From positions 288,001-352,000 of the forward strand of contig OZ245033.1 in NCBI GenBank assembly GCA_965224025.1: a DNA stretch of 64,000 nt, given 5' to 3'. Position numbers and translations under genes: made by a program. The notes below the pieces were generated by a model that saw nothing but the letters and a program-made list of their open reading frames with translations, had not been told where the DNA came from and searched no databases. This DNA comes from Candidatus Multivorans sp. (GTDB lineage Bacteria; Acidobacteriota; Thermoanaerobaculia; Multivoradales; Multivoraceae). Of the stretch, positions 17,746 through 26,743 are shown in pieces (position 1 is the first letter of the stretch; the number at the start of each line of letters is the position of its first letter).

Positions 17746-20700
17746 ATGGGCCCAACCTTCCACGACGACGGGCACGGCCATAGCCACGGCCACAGCCACG
17801 GGCTGCTGCAGCGGATCGGCTACATCGCGCTCTGCGGCGCGGTCGGCGTCCTGCTGCTGCTGTACCTGACCGGTGCGCTCCGCACCGTCGCCGGCATCGA
17901 CCTGGCGCTGATCCTGACCCTGGTCGCGGGCTATCCGCTCATCCGCCACGCGATCCTCGACCTGCTCCAGGGGCACTTCTCGTCCCACCTGACGATCGCC
18001 ATCGCGGCCGGCGCGGCGGTGTGGATCGGCGAGTACTTCGCCGCCGCCGAGGTCATGTTCATCATGCTGATCGGCGAGGGAATCGAGCACTGGACGGTCG
18101 ATCGCGCCAAGGGGGCGATCGCCGGCTTCGTCGCCAGCCAGCCGGACCAGGTGCGGGTGCTGCGAGACGGCGGCGAGGAACTCGTTGGCCTGGACCAGGT
18201 CGAGATCGGCGACCTCGTGCGGGTGCTCGCGGGGGAACGGGTGCCGGTGGACGGGATGATCGAGCGCGGCGATTCGTCCGTCGACCAGAGCAGCGTGACC
18301 GGCGAACCGTTGCCCGCCGAACTCGGCGTCGGCGACGCGGTGTGGAGCGGCAGTCTGAACGAGTACGGCGTTCTCGACATCCGCTCCGAACGCACCGGCA
18401 GCGACACCACCGTCGCCCGCATCGCGAACCTGATCGAGGACGCGCAGAGCCGGCGGGCACGGGTCGTGCGCACCGCGGACAAGCTGGCGCGGTACTTCCT
18501 GCCTGCCGTGCTCGTCGCAGCCGCCGCCATCTATTTCTTCACCGGCGAGATGATGCGCACGGTGGCGGCCCTGATCGTCGCCTGCCCGTGCGCGCTGGTG
18601 TTGGCAACGCCGGCGGCGATGGCTTCGGCGATCGCCCGGCTGGCGCGCGAGGGCGCCCTGGTCAAGGGCGGCGACGTGATCGAGTCGCTCTCGCGGATCG
18701 ATGCCTGCGTACTCGACAAGACGGGCACGTTGACCTGCGGGCGTCCGGCACTGACCGCGATCGCGCCGGTCGCGGGCATGGACGAGGCTCGCATGCTCCA
18801 ACTCGCGGCGAGCGCCGAACTGACCTCGGAGCACCTGCTCGGCCGGGCGCTGGTGACCGAGGCCAGGGAGCGCCGGCTCGACCTCTCGGAGCCGGACGAC
18901 TTCAAGCTCCACCCCGGCCGCGGTGTCACGGCATCCGTGGACGGCCACCAGATCGCGGTCGGCAACCAGGCGCTGCTGGCCGGAGTCATCGCCGAAGACG
19001 ATCTCGATGCCGTGGCCGAAAGCCTCGTCCCGACACCGGGTACCGGCGAGACCCGGCTGGCGGTCACGGTCGACGGCGCCTTCGCCGGCGCCATCGCCCT
19101 CGCCGATCCGCTGCGCGACGAGGCCGCGGAAGCGGTCGCCGACCTGCGGCAAACGGGCGTCGACCCGATCGTCATGCTGACCGGCGACGCCGAGGCCACG
19201 GCGCGCGCGATCGGCCGCCGGACACGCATCGACCAGGTCCACGCGGAGCTCCTGCCCGAAGAGAAGGTGCGCAAGCTCAGGGACCTCTCCCGCGGCGACC
19301 GCAACGTCCTGATGGTCGGCGACGGGATCAACGACGCGCCCTCGCTGGCGGCCGCGTCCGTCGGCGTCGCGATCGGCCACGGCGCCGCGGATCTCTCGGC
19401 CGAGGCGGCGCAGGTCGTCCTGATGCCCGACCGGCTCGACTACCTGGCGCCTCTGGTGCGGTACTCCCGCCGGGTGGTGGCGCGAATCCGGAGCAGCATC
19501 CTGATCTTCGCCTTCGGGATCAACTTCGTCGCCGTCGGGTTCGCCGCCTTCGGCTGGCTGCCTCCGGCCGCCGCGGCGATCGTCCACCAGGCCGCTTCCC
19601 TGCTGGTCATCCTGAACTGCGTTCGCCTGCTCTACGAGGGCCGGGCAGTGGCCGAGCGTCCCGGCGGCCGCCTGGGCCGCTTCCCCGCTCTCGCCGGAGC
19701 GGCGGAGGGGATGGCTGCCGGCTGGAGATCCCTGCACGCCGGCCGGCGCGAAGCGGTTCACCGCATCGAGCACGCGCTCGAAGAGAGCCCGGCGCGGCTC
19801 CGTGCGGCGGCGCCGCGGCTACTGCGCGCGGCGCCGTTCGTGCTCTTCGCGGTCTGGGCGGCAAGCGGAGTACGGATGATCGCACCGCAGGAAGTCGGTC
19901 TGGTGCAGCGCTTCGGCCGGCACGTCGGCGCCGAGCTCGGTCCGGGCCTGCACTGGCGTTTGCCCTGGCCCGTGGATCGGGTGACCCGCGTGGAGCCGCA
20001 GCGCCTGCGGGTGGCCGCCGTCGGCTCGCCGCGAGCGGCTGCACCCACCGAAGCCGGCGCGAGGCCGAACTACGAGTGGAACGTGCGCCACGCCGGCTTC
20101 GACGACACGCCGCCGCTCGAACGACTCATGCTGACCGGGGACGAGAACCTGGTCGAGGTCGCCGCTCGCATCCACTACCGCATCGCCGACTCCGCCGCCT
20201 TCGCCTTCGGCGCCGCCGATCCGGCACTCGTGGTCGATTCGTCGGCGGAGCGGTCGCTGCGTACCGTTCTCGCGGGTCACACGCTGGACGACGTGCTGAC
20301 CGGCAAGCGGGAGGGGATCGAGCGCGCCTGGAGTGAGCACCTCGCCGCCCTGCTCGACCGCCTCGGCATCGGTGTCGAAGTGGTCGGCGCCACAGTCCAG
20401 GACGCCCATCCGCCGCTCGATGTCGTCGATGCCTTCCGGGACGCGGCGAGCGCCCTGGAGGAGCGGGAGACCCTGATCGACAAGGCGGAGGGTTACGCCC
20501 TGGAACGCCTGCCCGTAGCGCGCGGCGAAGCGCAACGGCAACTTCTCGAGGCCGAGGGCTACCGGAATGAGCGGATCGAGGCCGGTCGGGGCGAGAGCCA
20601 GCGCTTTGAACTGCGCGCCGGAGGGTACCGGCGCGATCTCAACCTGCACCGCTTCCGCCTCCAGTTGGAGACGCTGGAGAGTTCGCTCGCCGGCAAGCCG

Positions 20701-20823
20701 AAACTGATCACCGACGCCGACGCCGGCCGCAAGCGTTTCGTCTTCGTGGACGAAACGAGCGACCGCCTTCTCGATGTGTACGTTCCTCCACCGGGTGCTC
20801 CCCAAAACGAGGTCAACCAGTGA
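17746..20823 (+). CDS. P1B heavy-metal-translocating ATPase fused to a C-terminal SPFH (HflK-like) domain
   Basis: His-rich N-terminus; TGE, ACPCALVLATP, DKTGT, SEHLLG, MLTGD, GDGINDAP; then GLVQRFG..PGLHWRLPWP..MLTGDEN..AFRDAASA. Confidence 0.92.
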   Translation: MGPTFHDDGHGHSHGHSHGLLQRIGYIALCGAVGVLLLLYLTGALRTVAGIDLALILTLVAGYPLIRHAILDLLQGHFSSHLTIAIAAGAAVWIGEYFAAAEVMFIMLIGEGIEHWTVDRAKGAIAGFVASQPDQVRVLRDGGEELVGLDQVEIGDLVRVLAGERVPVDGMIERGDSSVDQSSVTGEPLPAELGVGDAVWSGSLNEYGVLDIRSERTGSDTTVARIANLIEDAQSRRARVVRTADKLARYFLPAVLVAAAAIYFFTGEMMRTVAALIVACPCALVLATPAAMASAIARLAREGALVKGGDVIESLSRIDACVLDKTGTLTCGRPALTAIAPVAGMDEARMLQLAASAELTSEHLLGRALVTEARERRLDLSEPDDFKLHPGRGVTASVDGHQIAVGNQALLAGVIAEDDLDAVAESLVPTPGTGETRLAVTVDGAFAGAIALADPLRDEAAEAVADLRQTGVDPIVMLTGDAEATARAIGRRTRIDQVHAELLPEEKVRKLRDLSRGDRNVLMVGDGINDAPSLAAASVGVAIGHGAADLSAEAAQVVLMPDRLDYLAPLVRYSRRVVARIRSSILIFAFGINFVAVGFAAFGWLPPAAAAIVHQAASLLVILNCVRLLYEGRAVAERPGGRLGRFPALAGAAEGMAAGWRSLHAGRREAVHRIEHALEESPARLRAAAPRLLRAAPFVLFAVWAASGVRMIAPQEVGLVQRFGRHVGAELGPGLHWRLPWPVDRVTRVEPQRLRVAAVGSPRAAAPTEAGARPNYEWNVRHAGFDDTPPLERLMLTGDENLVEVAARIHYRIADSAAFAFGAADPALVVDSSAERSLRTVLAGHTLDDVLTGKREGIERAWSEHLAALLDRLGIGVEVVGATVQDAHPPLDVVDAFRDAASALEERETLIDKAEGYALERLPVARGEAQRQLLEAEGYRNERIEAGRGESQRFELRAGGYRRDLNLHRFRLQLETLESSLAGKPKLITDADAGRKRFVFVDETSDRLLDVYVPPPGAPQNEVNQ

Positions 20824-20888
20824 GCGACCAAGGCCATGAACATCACCACGAATCTAATCATCACGGTCAGCGTGAGGTAGACCAATGA
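20820..20888 (+). CDS. Putative 22-aa His-rich micropeptide MSDQGHEHHHESNHHGQREVDQ
   Basis: GAGG RBS; GTG overlaps the ATPase stop (GTGA) and its stop overlaps the hflC start (ATGA). Confidence 0.5.
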   Translation: MSDQGHEHHHESNHHGQREVDQ

Positions 20889-21856
20889 CCAACCACAGCC
20901 ACGAGCATCACCACGACCATCACGGTCACCACGACGAGGCGCACCGCCACGACGGCGGCGACGGGCACGAGCATTCGCCGGGCCGTGGCACGTCCTGGTG
21001 GCGCGCCGGCCTGGCCGTGCTGGCGATCGTCGCGCTGGCGCGGTGCGTGTTCGTCGTGCCCGAAACCGAAAGCGCGATCGTCACCCGGTTCGGCAAGCCG
21101 GTCCGGACGATCGAAGCGCCGGGCCTCCGGTTCAAGTGGCCGATCGACCGCCGGCTCCGCTTCGACAACCGCGTGCTCCTCTACGATCCGGCGCCGGCCG
21201 AGTTTCTGACCCAGGACAAGAAGAACCTGGTCGTCGATACGGCGGTCGTCTGGCGGATCGCCGACCCGGCCCGGTTCCTCGAGACGATCGGCGACATCTC
21301 GGGCGCCGAGATGCGGCTGCACGACGTGGTGTGGGCGGGTCTGGCGGCCGCCCTCGGCCGCACGGAGCTCTCGCAACTCGTGTCCACCGAGCCGAAGACA
21401 CTGCGGATCGAAGAGGTCTCCGCGGAGGTCCGCGAGTCCGCCGGCGCGGTGTCCGGCCCACAGCTCGGAGTCGAGATCCTGGAAGTGCAGCTCACCCGCG
21501 TGAGCTTCCCCGAGCAGAACCTGGAGTCCGTCTTCGCCCGCATGCGGGCCGAGCGCGAGCGGATCGCCAAGGAGTACCGTGCCCAGGGCGAGGAACAGGC
21601 GATGGTCATCCGCGCCGAGGCCGACCGCGACCGTGAGCTGATCCTGGCGGCCGCCTACCGCGACGCCGAGATTCTGCGCGGCAAGGGCGACGCCGAGGCA
21701 GCCGGCATCTACGGCGCCGCCTACCGGCAGGACCCGGCTCTCTACCGGTTCCTGCGCACTCTCGAGTCCTACGAGTCGATCCTGGACGACCAGACCACAG
21801 TCATCCTGTCGGCGGACTCGGAGCTCTTCTCGCTGCTGGGCGGAGGATCCGAATGA
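20885..21856 (+). CDS. hflC: HflC-like SPFH protein with His-rich N-terminus
   Basis: AIVTRFGKP..PGLRFKWP, LTQDKKNL, RMRAERERIA, GKGDAEAA.IY..AY..DP..Y.FLRTLESY. Confidence 0.9.
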   Translation: MTNHSHEHHHDHHGHHDEAHRHDGGDGHEHSPGRGTSWWRAGLAVLAIVALARCVFVVPETESAIVTRFGKPVRTIEAPGLRFKWPIDRRLRFDNRVLLYDPAPAEFLTQDKKNLVVDTAVVWRIADPARFLETIGDISGAEMRLHDVVWAGLAAALGRTELSQLVSTEPKTLRIEEVSAEVRESAGAVSGPQLGVEILEVQLTRVSFPEQNLESVFARMRAERERIAKEYRAQGEEQAMVIRAEADRDRELILAAAYRDAEILRGKGDAEAAGIYGAAYRQDPALYRFLRTLESYESILDDQTTVILSADSELFSLLGGGSE

Positions 21857-22785
21857 GGCTTCGCGGCCTCCCGACCGCGGCGCTGGCGCTGGCCCTGATG
21901 TGGGCGGGCTGGGGCGTGTACTTCGTCGCGCCGGACGAGGAGGCGGTGGTGCGGGTACTCGGCCGCGCCAGGGTGACTCCCGCCGGACCCGGACTGCACT
22001 GGAACTGGCCGCGGCCGGTGGGTCGGGTCGACAAGCTGAAGGTGCGGGAAGCCAAGCGCCTGACCCTGGGCTTCGCAGCCGCGGACCGCGTGCTGGGCGG
22101 CGATTTGGGCCCGGCCGAAGCGCGCTGGTTGACTGGCGACCGGAACGTGGTCCATGTCCGGCTGGTGATCCTGTACTCGATCCACGATCCGCTCGCCTAC
22201 TCGCTGCGTTTCGCCGATGTCGAGGCCTTGCTGCAGGCGACCGGGCGCAGCGCCCTGCTCGAGGTGATCGCCGGCATGAGCGTCGACGAACTGCTGACCA
22301 CCGGCAAGGTGGCGGTGCAGCAGAACGTCCAGGCCGCCTCGCAGGGTCTGTTCGACCGCTTCAAGACCGGCGCGACCGTGCTCTCGGTGAGTCTGGAAGG
22401 CGTGAGCCCGCCGAGCCCCGTGCGCGAGGCCTTCAACGACGTGGCCAGCGCGCGCGAGGATCGCGACCGCCTGGTCCGCGAGGCCGAGAGTTACCGCAAC
22501 GAGGTCGTCCCGGTGGCCCGTGGCGAGGCGCGCACGCTCGTAGCTCAGGCCGAGGGCTTCCGGACGGCTGAGGTCGAACGGGCCACGGGTGAAGCCGACC
22601 GTTTCCGCCGGGTCGCCGGCGCCGACCAGGGTGCGCGCAACGAGATTCGCACCCGCACCTACCTGGAGACGATGGAACGTGTCTTCCCGCGCATGAAGAA
22701 GACGATCCTGGAGCCGGGCCAGAGCACGATCGACATCGACTTCCTGCGCAGCGAGTTGACCAACGGGTCGAGAGGCCCGCAGTGA
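21853..22785 (+). CDS. hflK: HflK-like SPFH protein
   Basis: PGLHWNWPRP, LTGDRNVV, PPSPVREAFNDVASARED, ARGEA, RTYLETME. Confidence 0.88.
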   Translation: MRLRGLPTAALALALMWAGWGVYFVAPDEEAVVRVLGRARVTPAGPGLHWNWPRPVGRVDKLKVREAKRLTLGFAAADRVLGGDLGPAEARWLTGDRNVVHVRLVILYSIHDPLAYSLRFADVEALLQATGRSALLEVIAGMSVDELLTTGKVAVQQNVQAASQGLFDRFKTGATVLSVSLEGVSPPSPVREAFNDVASAREDRDRLVREAESYRNEVVPVARGEARTLVAQAEGFRTAEVERATGEADRFRRVAGADQGARNEIRTRTYLETMERVFPRMKKTILEPGQSTIDIDFLRSELTNGSRGPQ

Positions 22786-23270
22786 GGATCACGCGCAACC
22801 TGGGGGCGACGGCGCTGACCGTGGTGGTGCTCCTGGCCGGCCTGGCCGTGGCTCTTCGGGACCGCCTGCCGGAGCGCTCGGGCAACACGGGCGACGCGGG
22901 TGCCCCCAGGGAGATCTTCTGGCAGATGGTCGAAGCGAGCCGCGAAGGCGCGGTGGCGGTCTACCTCGATCTCTTTGCCGGGGAGGTCCGCGAACAGCTC
23001 GACACGGTCCGCGACGAGATGGGAGACGCCGCGTTCGAGCAGTATCTCCGGCAACGGTTCGCGGATGTGAAGGGCGTCGCAGTGATCGATGAAGAGGATC
23101 GCGGCGAGACCGTGCGGCTCCAAGTCGAGTACGTCCGGGCCGCGAGCTACGACACCCAGAGCCTCGATCTCCGTTCGTCACGGGGGCGCTGGCGCATCGT
23201 CGCCGTCGGCCCGACCCAGGAACGCGAACCGCCGGTTCCCTACGGCACGCCCGTCGGCCCCGCCGACTGA
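22782..23270 (+). CDS. Hypothetical membrane-anchored protein (possible NTF2-like fold)
   Basis: N-terminal TM helix; GTGA coupling to hflK; C-terminal 'LDLRSSRGRWRIV'. Confidence 0.6.
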   Translation: MRITRNLGATALTVVVLLAGLAVALRDRLPERSGNTGDAGAPREIFWQMVEASREGAVAVYLDLFAGEVREQLDTVRDEMGDAAFEQYLRQRFADVKGVAVIDEEDRGETVRLQVEYVRAASYDTQSLDLRSSRGRWRIVAVGPTQEREPPVPYGTPVGPAD

Positions 23271-23289
23271 CGGCGGCAGGAAAGGCACG

Positions 23290-24476
23290 ATGAGGAAGCT
23301 CGCCATCGCTTTACTTGCGCTCTTCCGCCGCGTCTCGCTGGCGAGCTCCGTGGGCAATCCGAGGACGACGTCGCCGCGCAGCGCGTGGTCAGCGGCCGCG
23401 CCTGGGACGAGTTCTGCGACACGCTGAAGGCGGCCGGTGCGGCGCTCAACTTCCCGGGCACGCCCCGCGACGCGTTCAACCAGGCCGAGGGCTACCGGTA
23501 CCTGAGCCGTCTGACACGCGCCGGTCTGATGGCCTTCCTCGAGCACGCCGACCCGAGAGCGCCGGTCCTCCACCGGGTCGCCCACGAAACGGTCAAGCTC
23601 GGTTCTGACAACCCGGACAACCACTACCTGACGGCCGCCCTCTCGGGCGCGTACGAGTACCGGATCACGGGGCGCCGCAACACCGTCGCCTACCTCGGGT
23701 TCGGCACCCAGACCGGGCACTACGGCCAGGGAGGCGGCATGCCGCCGACCGGCTACGTCGAGGCCGCGGAACTCGAGATCGACGCGGAAGGCCGTTTCGA
23801 GTTGTTCCTCAGTTGCGAGCGCCAGGACGGGAACTGGCTGCCCATGGCGCCCGAGACCGGCATGTTGATCGTGCGCCAGACCTTCCTCGACCGCCGCACG
23901 GAGATCCCGGCAGAACTGCACATCGAGCGGATCAACTGCGCTCCCAAAGAGAAGAGTCCCGCGCCCCTGACGCCGACTCAGGTCGACGAAGGGCTGCGCT
24001 CGGCGAGCACCCTGGTCGCCGGCGCATCGCTCCTGTTCGCGAAGTGGGCCCGCGACTTCCAGAAGCACTCGAACAGACTGCCCCGCTTCGACCAGGAGAC
24101 GTCGAACCAGGCCGGGGGCGACCCCAACATCGCCTACTACCACTCGCACTGGCGGCTGGCCGAGGACGAAGCGCTGGTGATCGAGGCCACGCCGCCGGAG
24201 TGCGAACACTGGAACTTCCAGCTCAACAACCACTGGATGGAGTCGCTCGACTACCGCTACCACACGATCCACACCAACAAGCATCTCGCCGACTACGAGA
24301 GCGACGGCTCCGTGCGCCTGATCGTCGCGCACGAGGACCCCGGGCTTCCGAACTGGCTCGAGACCGCCGGCCACACCTCCGGGACCATGTGCTTCCGTTG
24401 GATCCGGGCCGAGGAGCACCCGGAGCCGGCAACCCGGGTCGTCAAGCTGAGCGAGCTTCGGGCGCTTCGCCGGTAA
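23290..24476 (+). CDS. DUF1214-like protein of sulfotransferase operons; apparent frameshift near 23340 (main frame from 23385)
   Basis: AWDEFCDTLK..AEGYRYL..KLGSDNPDNHY..WNFQLNNHWMESLDYR..DPGLPNWLETAGH; the RBS-bearing ATG 23290 is out of frame with the body. Confidence 0.75.
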
Positions 24477-24480
24477 GCGG

Positions 24481-25740
24481 ATGCCGAAGCGGGTTACCGA
24501 GACGCCGACGAACTACGAGCGGCCGTACCGGCCGCTTCCGGTCGCGCTGCTGAATGCCGCCGGGCGGGCGGGCGGCCATCTTGGCCTGCGCGGAGAGCTG
24601 GACGTCGGCTCGATGATCGCAAGGGCGCGGAGGAGGACGGGGCTCGCCAGCTTCGGCGACGAGTGGTTCATGGAACCGCTGTCCGTGCTCGTCCGTTCGA
24701 TCAACGAGGAGGCCGGCCTCACGACCCTGGGCCGCTTCATCCAGAAGCGGCGGATCGAAGGTCTGCTGGCAACGCGCCTGCGGGTCGAGGAGCTGATCCG
24801 CAGGCACCCGGAGATACGCGACATCGACCTCGGCAGCGTCGTCGTGATCGCCGGCCTCCAGCGGACGGGCACGACCACGCTGCACCGGCTGATCGCGTCC
24901 CACCCGGACATGCGCGCCGTCACGGCCTGGGAAGGACTGAATCCGATGCCCCTGCCGCGCGAGGAACCGGGAGACCCTCACGCCCGGATCCGGCAGGCCC
25001 TCCTCGCCGAACGCGCAATCGCCTACCTGGCCCCCGCCTTCTTCGCCGTGCATCCCGCCGAACACGACGCCCCCGAGGAGGACGTGCTTCTGCTCGACGT
25101 GTCCTTCATGAGCCAGTCGGCCGAGGCGACGATGCATGTGCCGACCTACGCGCGCTGGCTCGAAGAACACGACCACACGAGAACGTATGAGGAGTTCCGC
25201 ACCCTGCTCCAGGTCCTGCACTGGCAACGTCCACGCCGTCACTCGGTGCTCAAGACACCGCACCACATGGAGTACCTGGACACCGTCCTCGCGGTGTTCC
25301 CGACCGCCACGATCGTGCAGACGCACCGCGATCCCCTGAAGACCATCCCCTCCTTCTGCAGCATGGTCGCCCACGGCCGGGGGATGTTCAGCGACCGCGT
25401 GGAACCGGGGGAAATCGGCGCGCACTGGCTGGCCAAGACCTGCCGCCTGATCGAGCGCACCGCCGGCGCCCGGGAAGCGGCGGACCCGCGCCGTTTCGTC
25501 GACGTCTCTTACTACGACCTCGTCAGCGACCCCATGGCGCAGCTATGCCGGGTCTACGAACGGGCCGGCATCCCCTTCGGCCCGAACGCGGTGAGCGCCG
25601 CCGAGCGCACCGCGGGCCGCAACGTCCAGCACCGCTACGGACGGCATGTCTACGATGCGGAGAGCTTCGGCCTGACCCGCGAGGCAATCGAGCGCGCCAT
25701 CAAGTCCTACCGGCGCAGGCACAGCATTCCCTACGAGTAG
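24481..25740 (+). CDS. PAPS-dependent sulfotransferase (Sulfotransfer_3, mycobacterial Stf-like)
   Basis: GLQRTGTTTLHRL 5'-PSB loop, VLKTPHH, QTHRDP..S 3'-PB motif, YYDLVSDP. Confidence 0.9.
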   Translation: MPKRVTETPTNYERPYRPLPVALLNAAGRAGGHLGLRGELDVGSMIARARRRTGLASFGDEWFMEPLSVLVRSINEEAGLTTLGRFIQKRRIEGLLATRLRVEELIRRHPEIRDIDLGSVVVIAGLQRTGTTTLHRLIASHPDMRAVTAWEGLNPMPLPREEPGDPHARIRQALLAERAIAYLAPAFFAVHPAEHDAPEEDVLLLDVSFMSQSAEATMHVPTYARWLEEHDHTRTYEEFRTLLQVLHWQRPRRHSVLKTPHHMEYLDTVLAVFPTATIVQTHRDPLKTIPSFCSMVAHGRGMFSDRVEPGEIGAHWLAKTCRLIERTAGAREAADPRRFVDVSYYDLVSDPMAQLCRVYERAGIPFGPNAVSAAERTAGRNVQHRYGRHVYDAESFGLTREAIERAIKSYRRRHSIPYE

Positions 25741-25754
25741 GCTGCCCACCCATC

Positions 25755-26732
25755 GTGAAAAAGCTCTTCAAGGTTCTCCGCAAGGCGGTCACGGACCGCG
25801 CAGCCGAGCGCGCCGAGATCGAGCCGCTGCCGGCTTCCGCGCGAATCGACGGCAAGACCTGCCTGCTGACGGGGGCCAACAGCGGTCTCGGCAAGGCCGT
25901 CGCCATCGATCTGGCCCGGCGCGGCGGCCACGTCCTGATGGCCTGCCGGAGCGGCCACCCCGACGCGGGCGAAGACGTCAAGGCCGCCTCCGGCTCCGAC
26001 CGGGTCGAGATGCTGCGGGTCGATCTCTCCGACATGCGTTCGGTGCACCGCCTCTGCGACGAACTGCGCGACCGGGGAACAGTTCTCGACATCGCGGTCC
26101 TCAACGCCGGCGTCGTGCCGCGCCGCGCGCGCCGGACACCGCAGGGCTTCGAACTCATGTTCGCCGTCCACTTCCTGGCCAACCGCCTCCTCGTCGACCG
26201 CTGGTTGGGAGACGGAACGGTCCGCCCGGCGGCCAGGATCGAGGACGCACCCCGCATCGTCCTCGTCTCTTCCGACGCTCACCGCTCCGCCGAGCCGATC
26301 GACTTCGACCGTTTCGGCGAGTTCACGGACTACGGTGTCCGGGACGGGATCAAGCACTACGGCGCCAGCAAGCTCGTCCTCTGCACGTACGCGACCGAAC
26401 TTTCGCGCCGCCTGAACGGCGACGGCGAGGACCACGTCGTGGTGCACTCGCTCTGTCCCGGCCCCGTCAACACCGCCATCGCGCGCGAAGCGCCGTGGTT
26501 CCTGAAGCCCCTGGTGGTTCCGATGATGAAGCTCTTCTTCCTGGCGCCGGAGAAGGCCGCCCTGCCCGTGAGCTACCTCTGCTGCGCCGACGACGCCGGC
26601 GAACGCACCGGCATCTACCTTCACATGCTGCGCGAGAAGCGCCCGTCCGAGCACGCGACCGACCGTTCCAACGGCGCACGACTCTGGCAGGCGAGCACCG
26701 AATTCGTACGCAGCCACAGCCCCCAAGCATGA
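25755..26732 (+). CDS. SDR oxidoreductase (retinol dehydrogenase/WWOX-like)
   Basis: TGANSGLG, LNAG, GFELMFAVHFL, YGASK, CPGPVNT. Confidence 0.88.
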   Translation: MKKLFKVLRKAVTDRAAERAEIEPLPASARIDGKTCLLTGANSGLGKAVAIDLARRGGHVLMACRSGHPDAGEDVKAASGSDRVEMLRVDLSDMRSVHRLCDELRDRGTVLDIAVLNAGVVPRRARRTPQGFELMFAVHFLANRLLVDRWLGDGTVRPAARIEDAPRIVLVSSDAHRSAEPIDFDRFGEFTDYGVRDGIKHYGASKLVLCTYATELSRRLNGDGEDHVVVHSLCPGPVNTAIAREAPWFLKPLVVPMMKLFFLAPEKAALPVSYLCCADDAGERTGIYLHMLREKRPSEHATDRSNGARLWQASTEFVRSHSPQA

Positions 26733-26743
26733 CCGCGGAGAGA

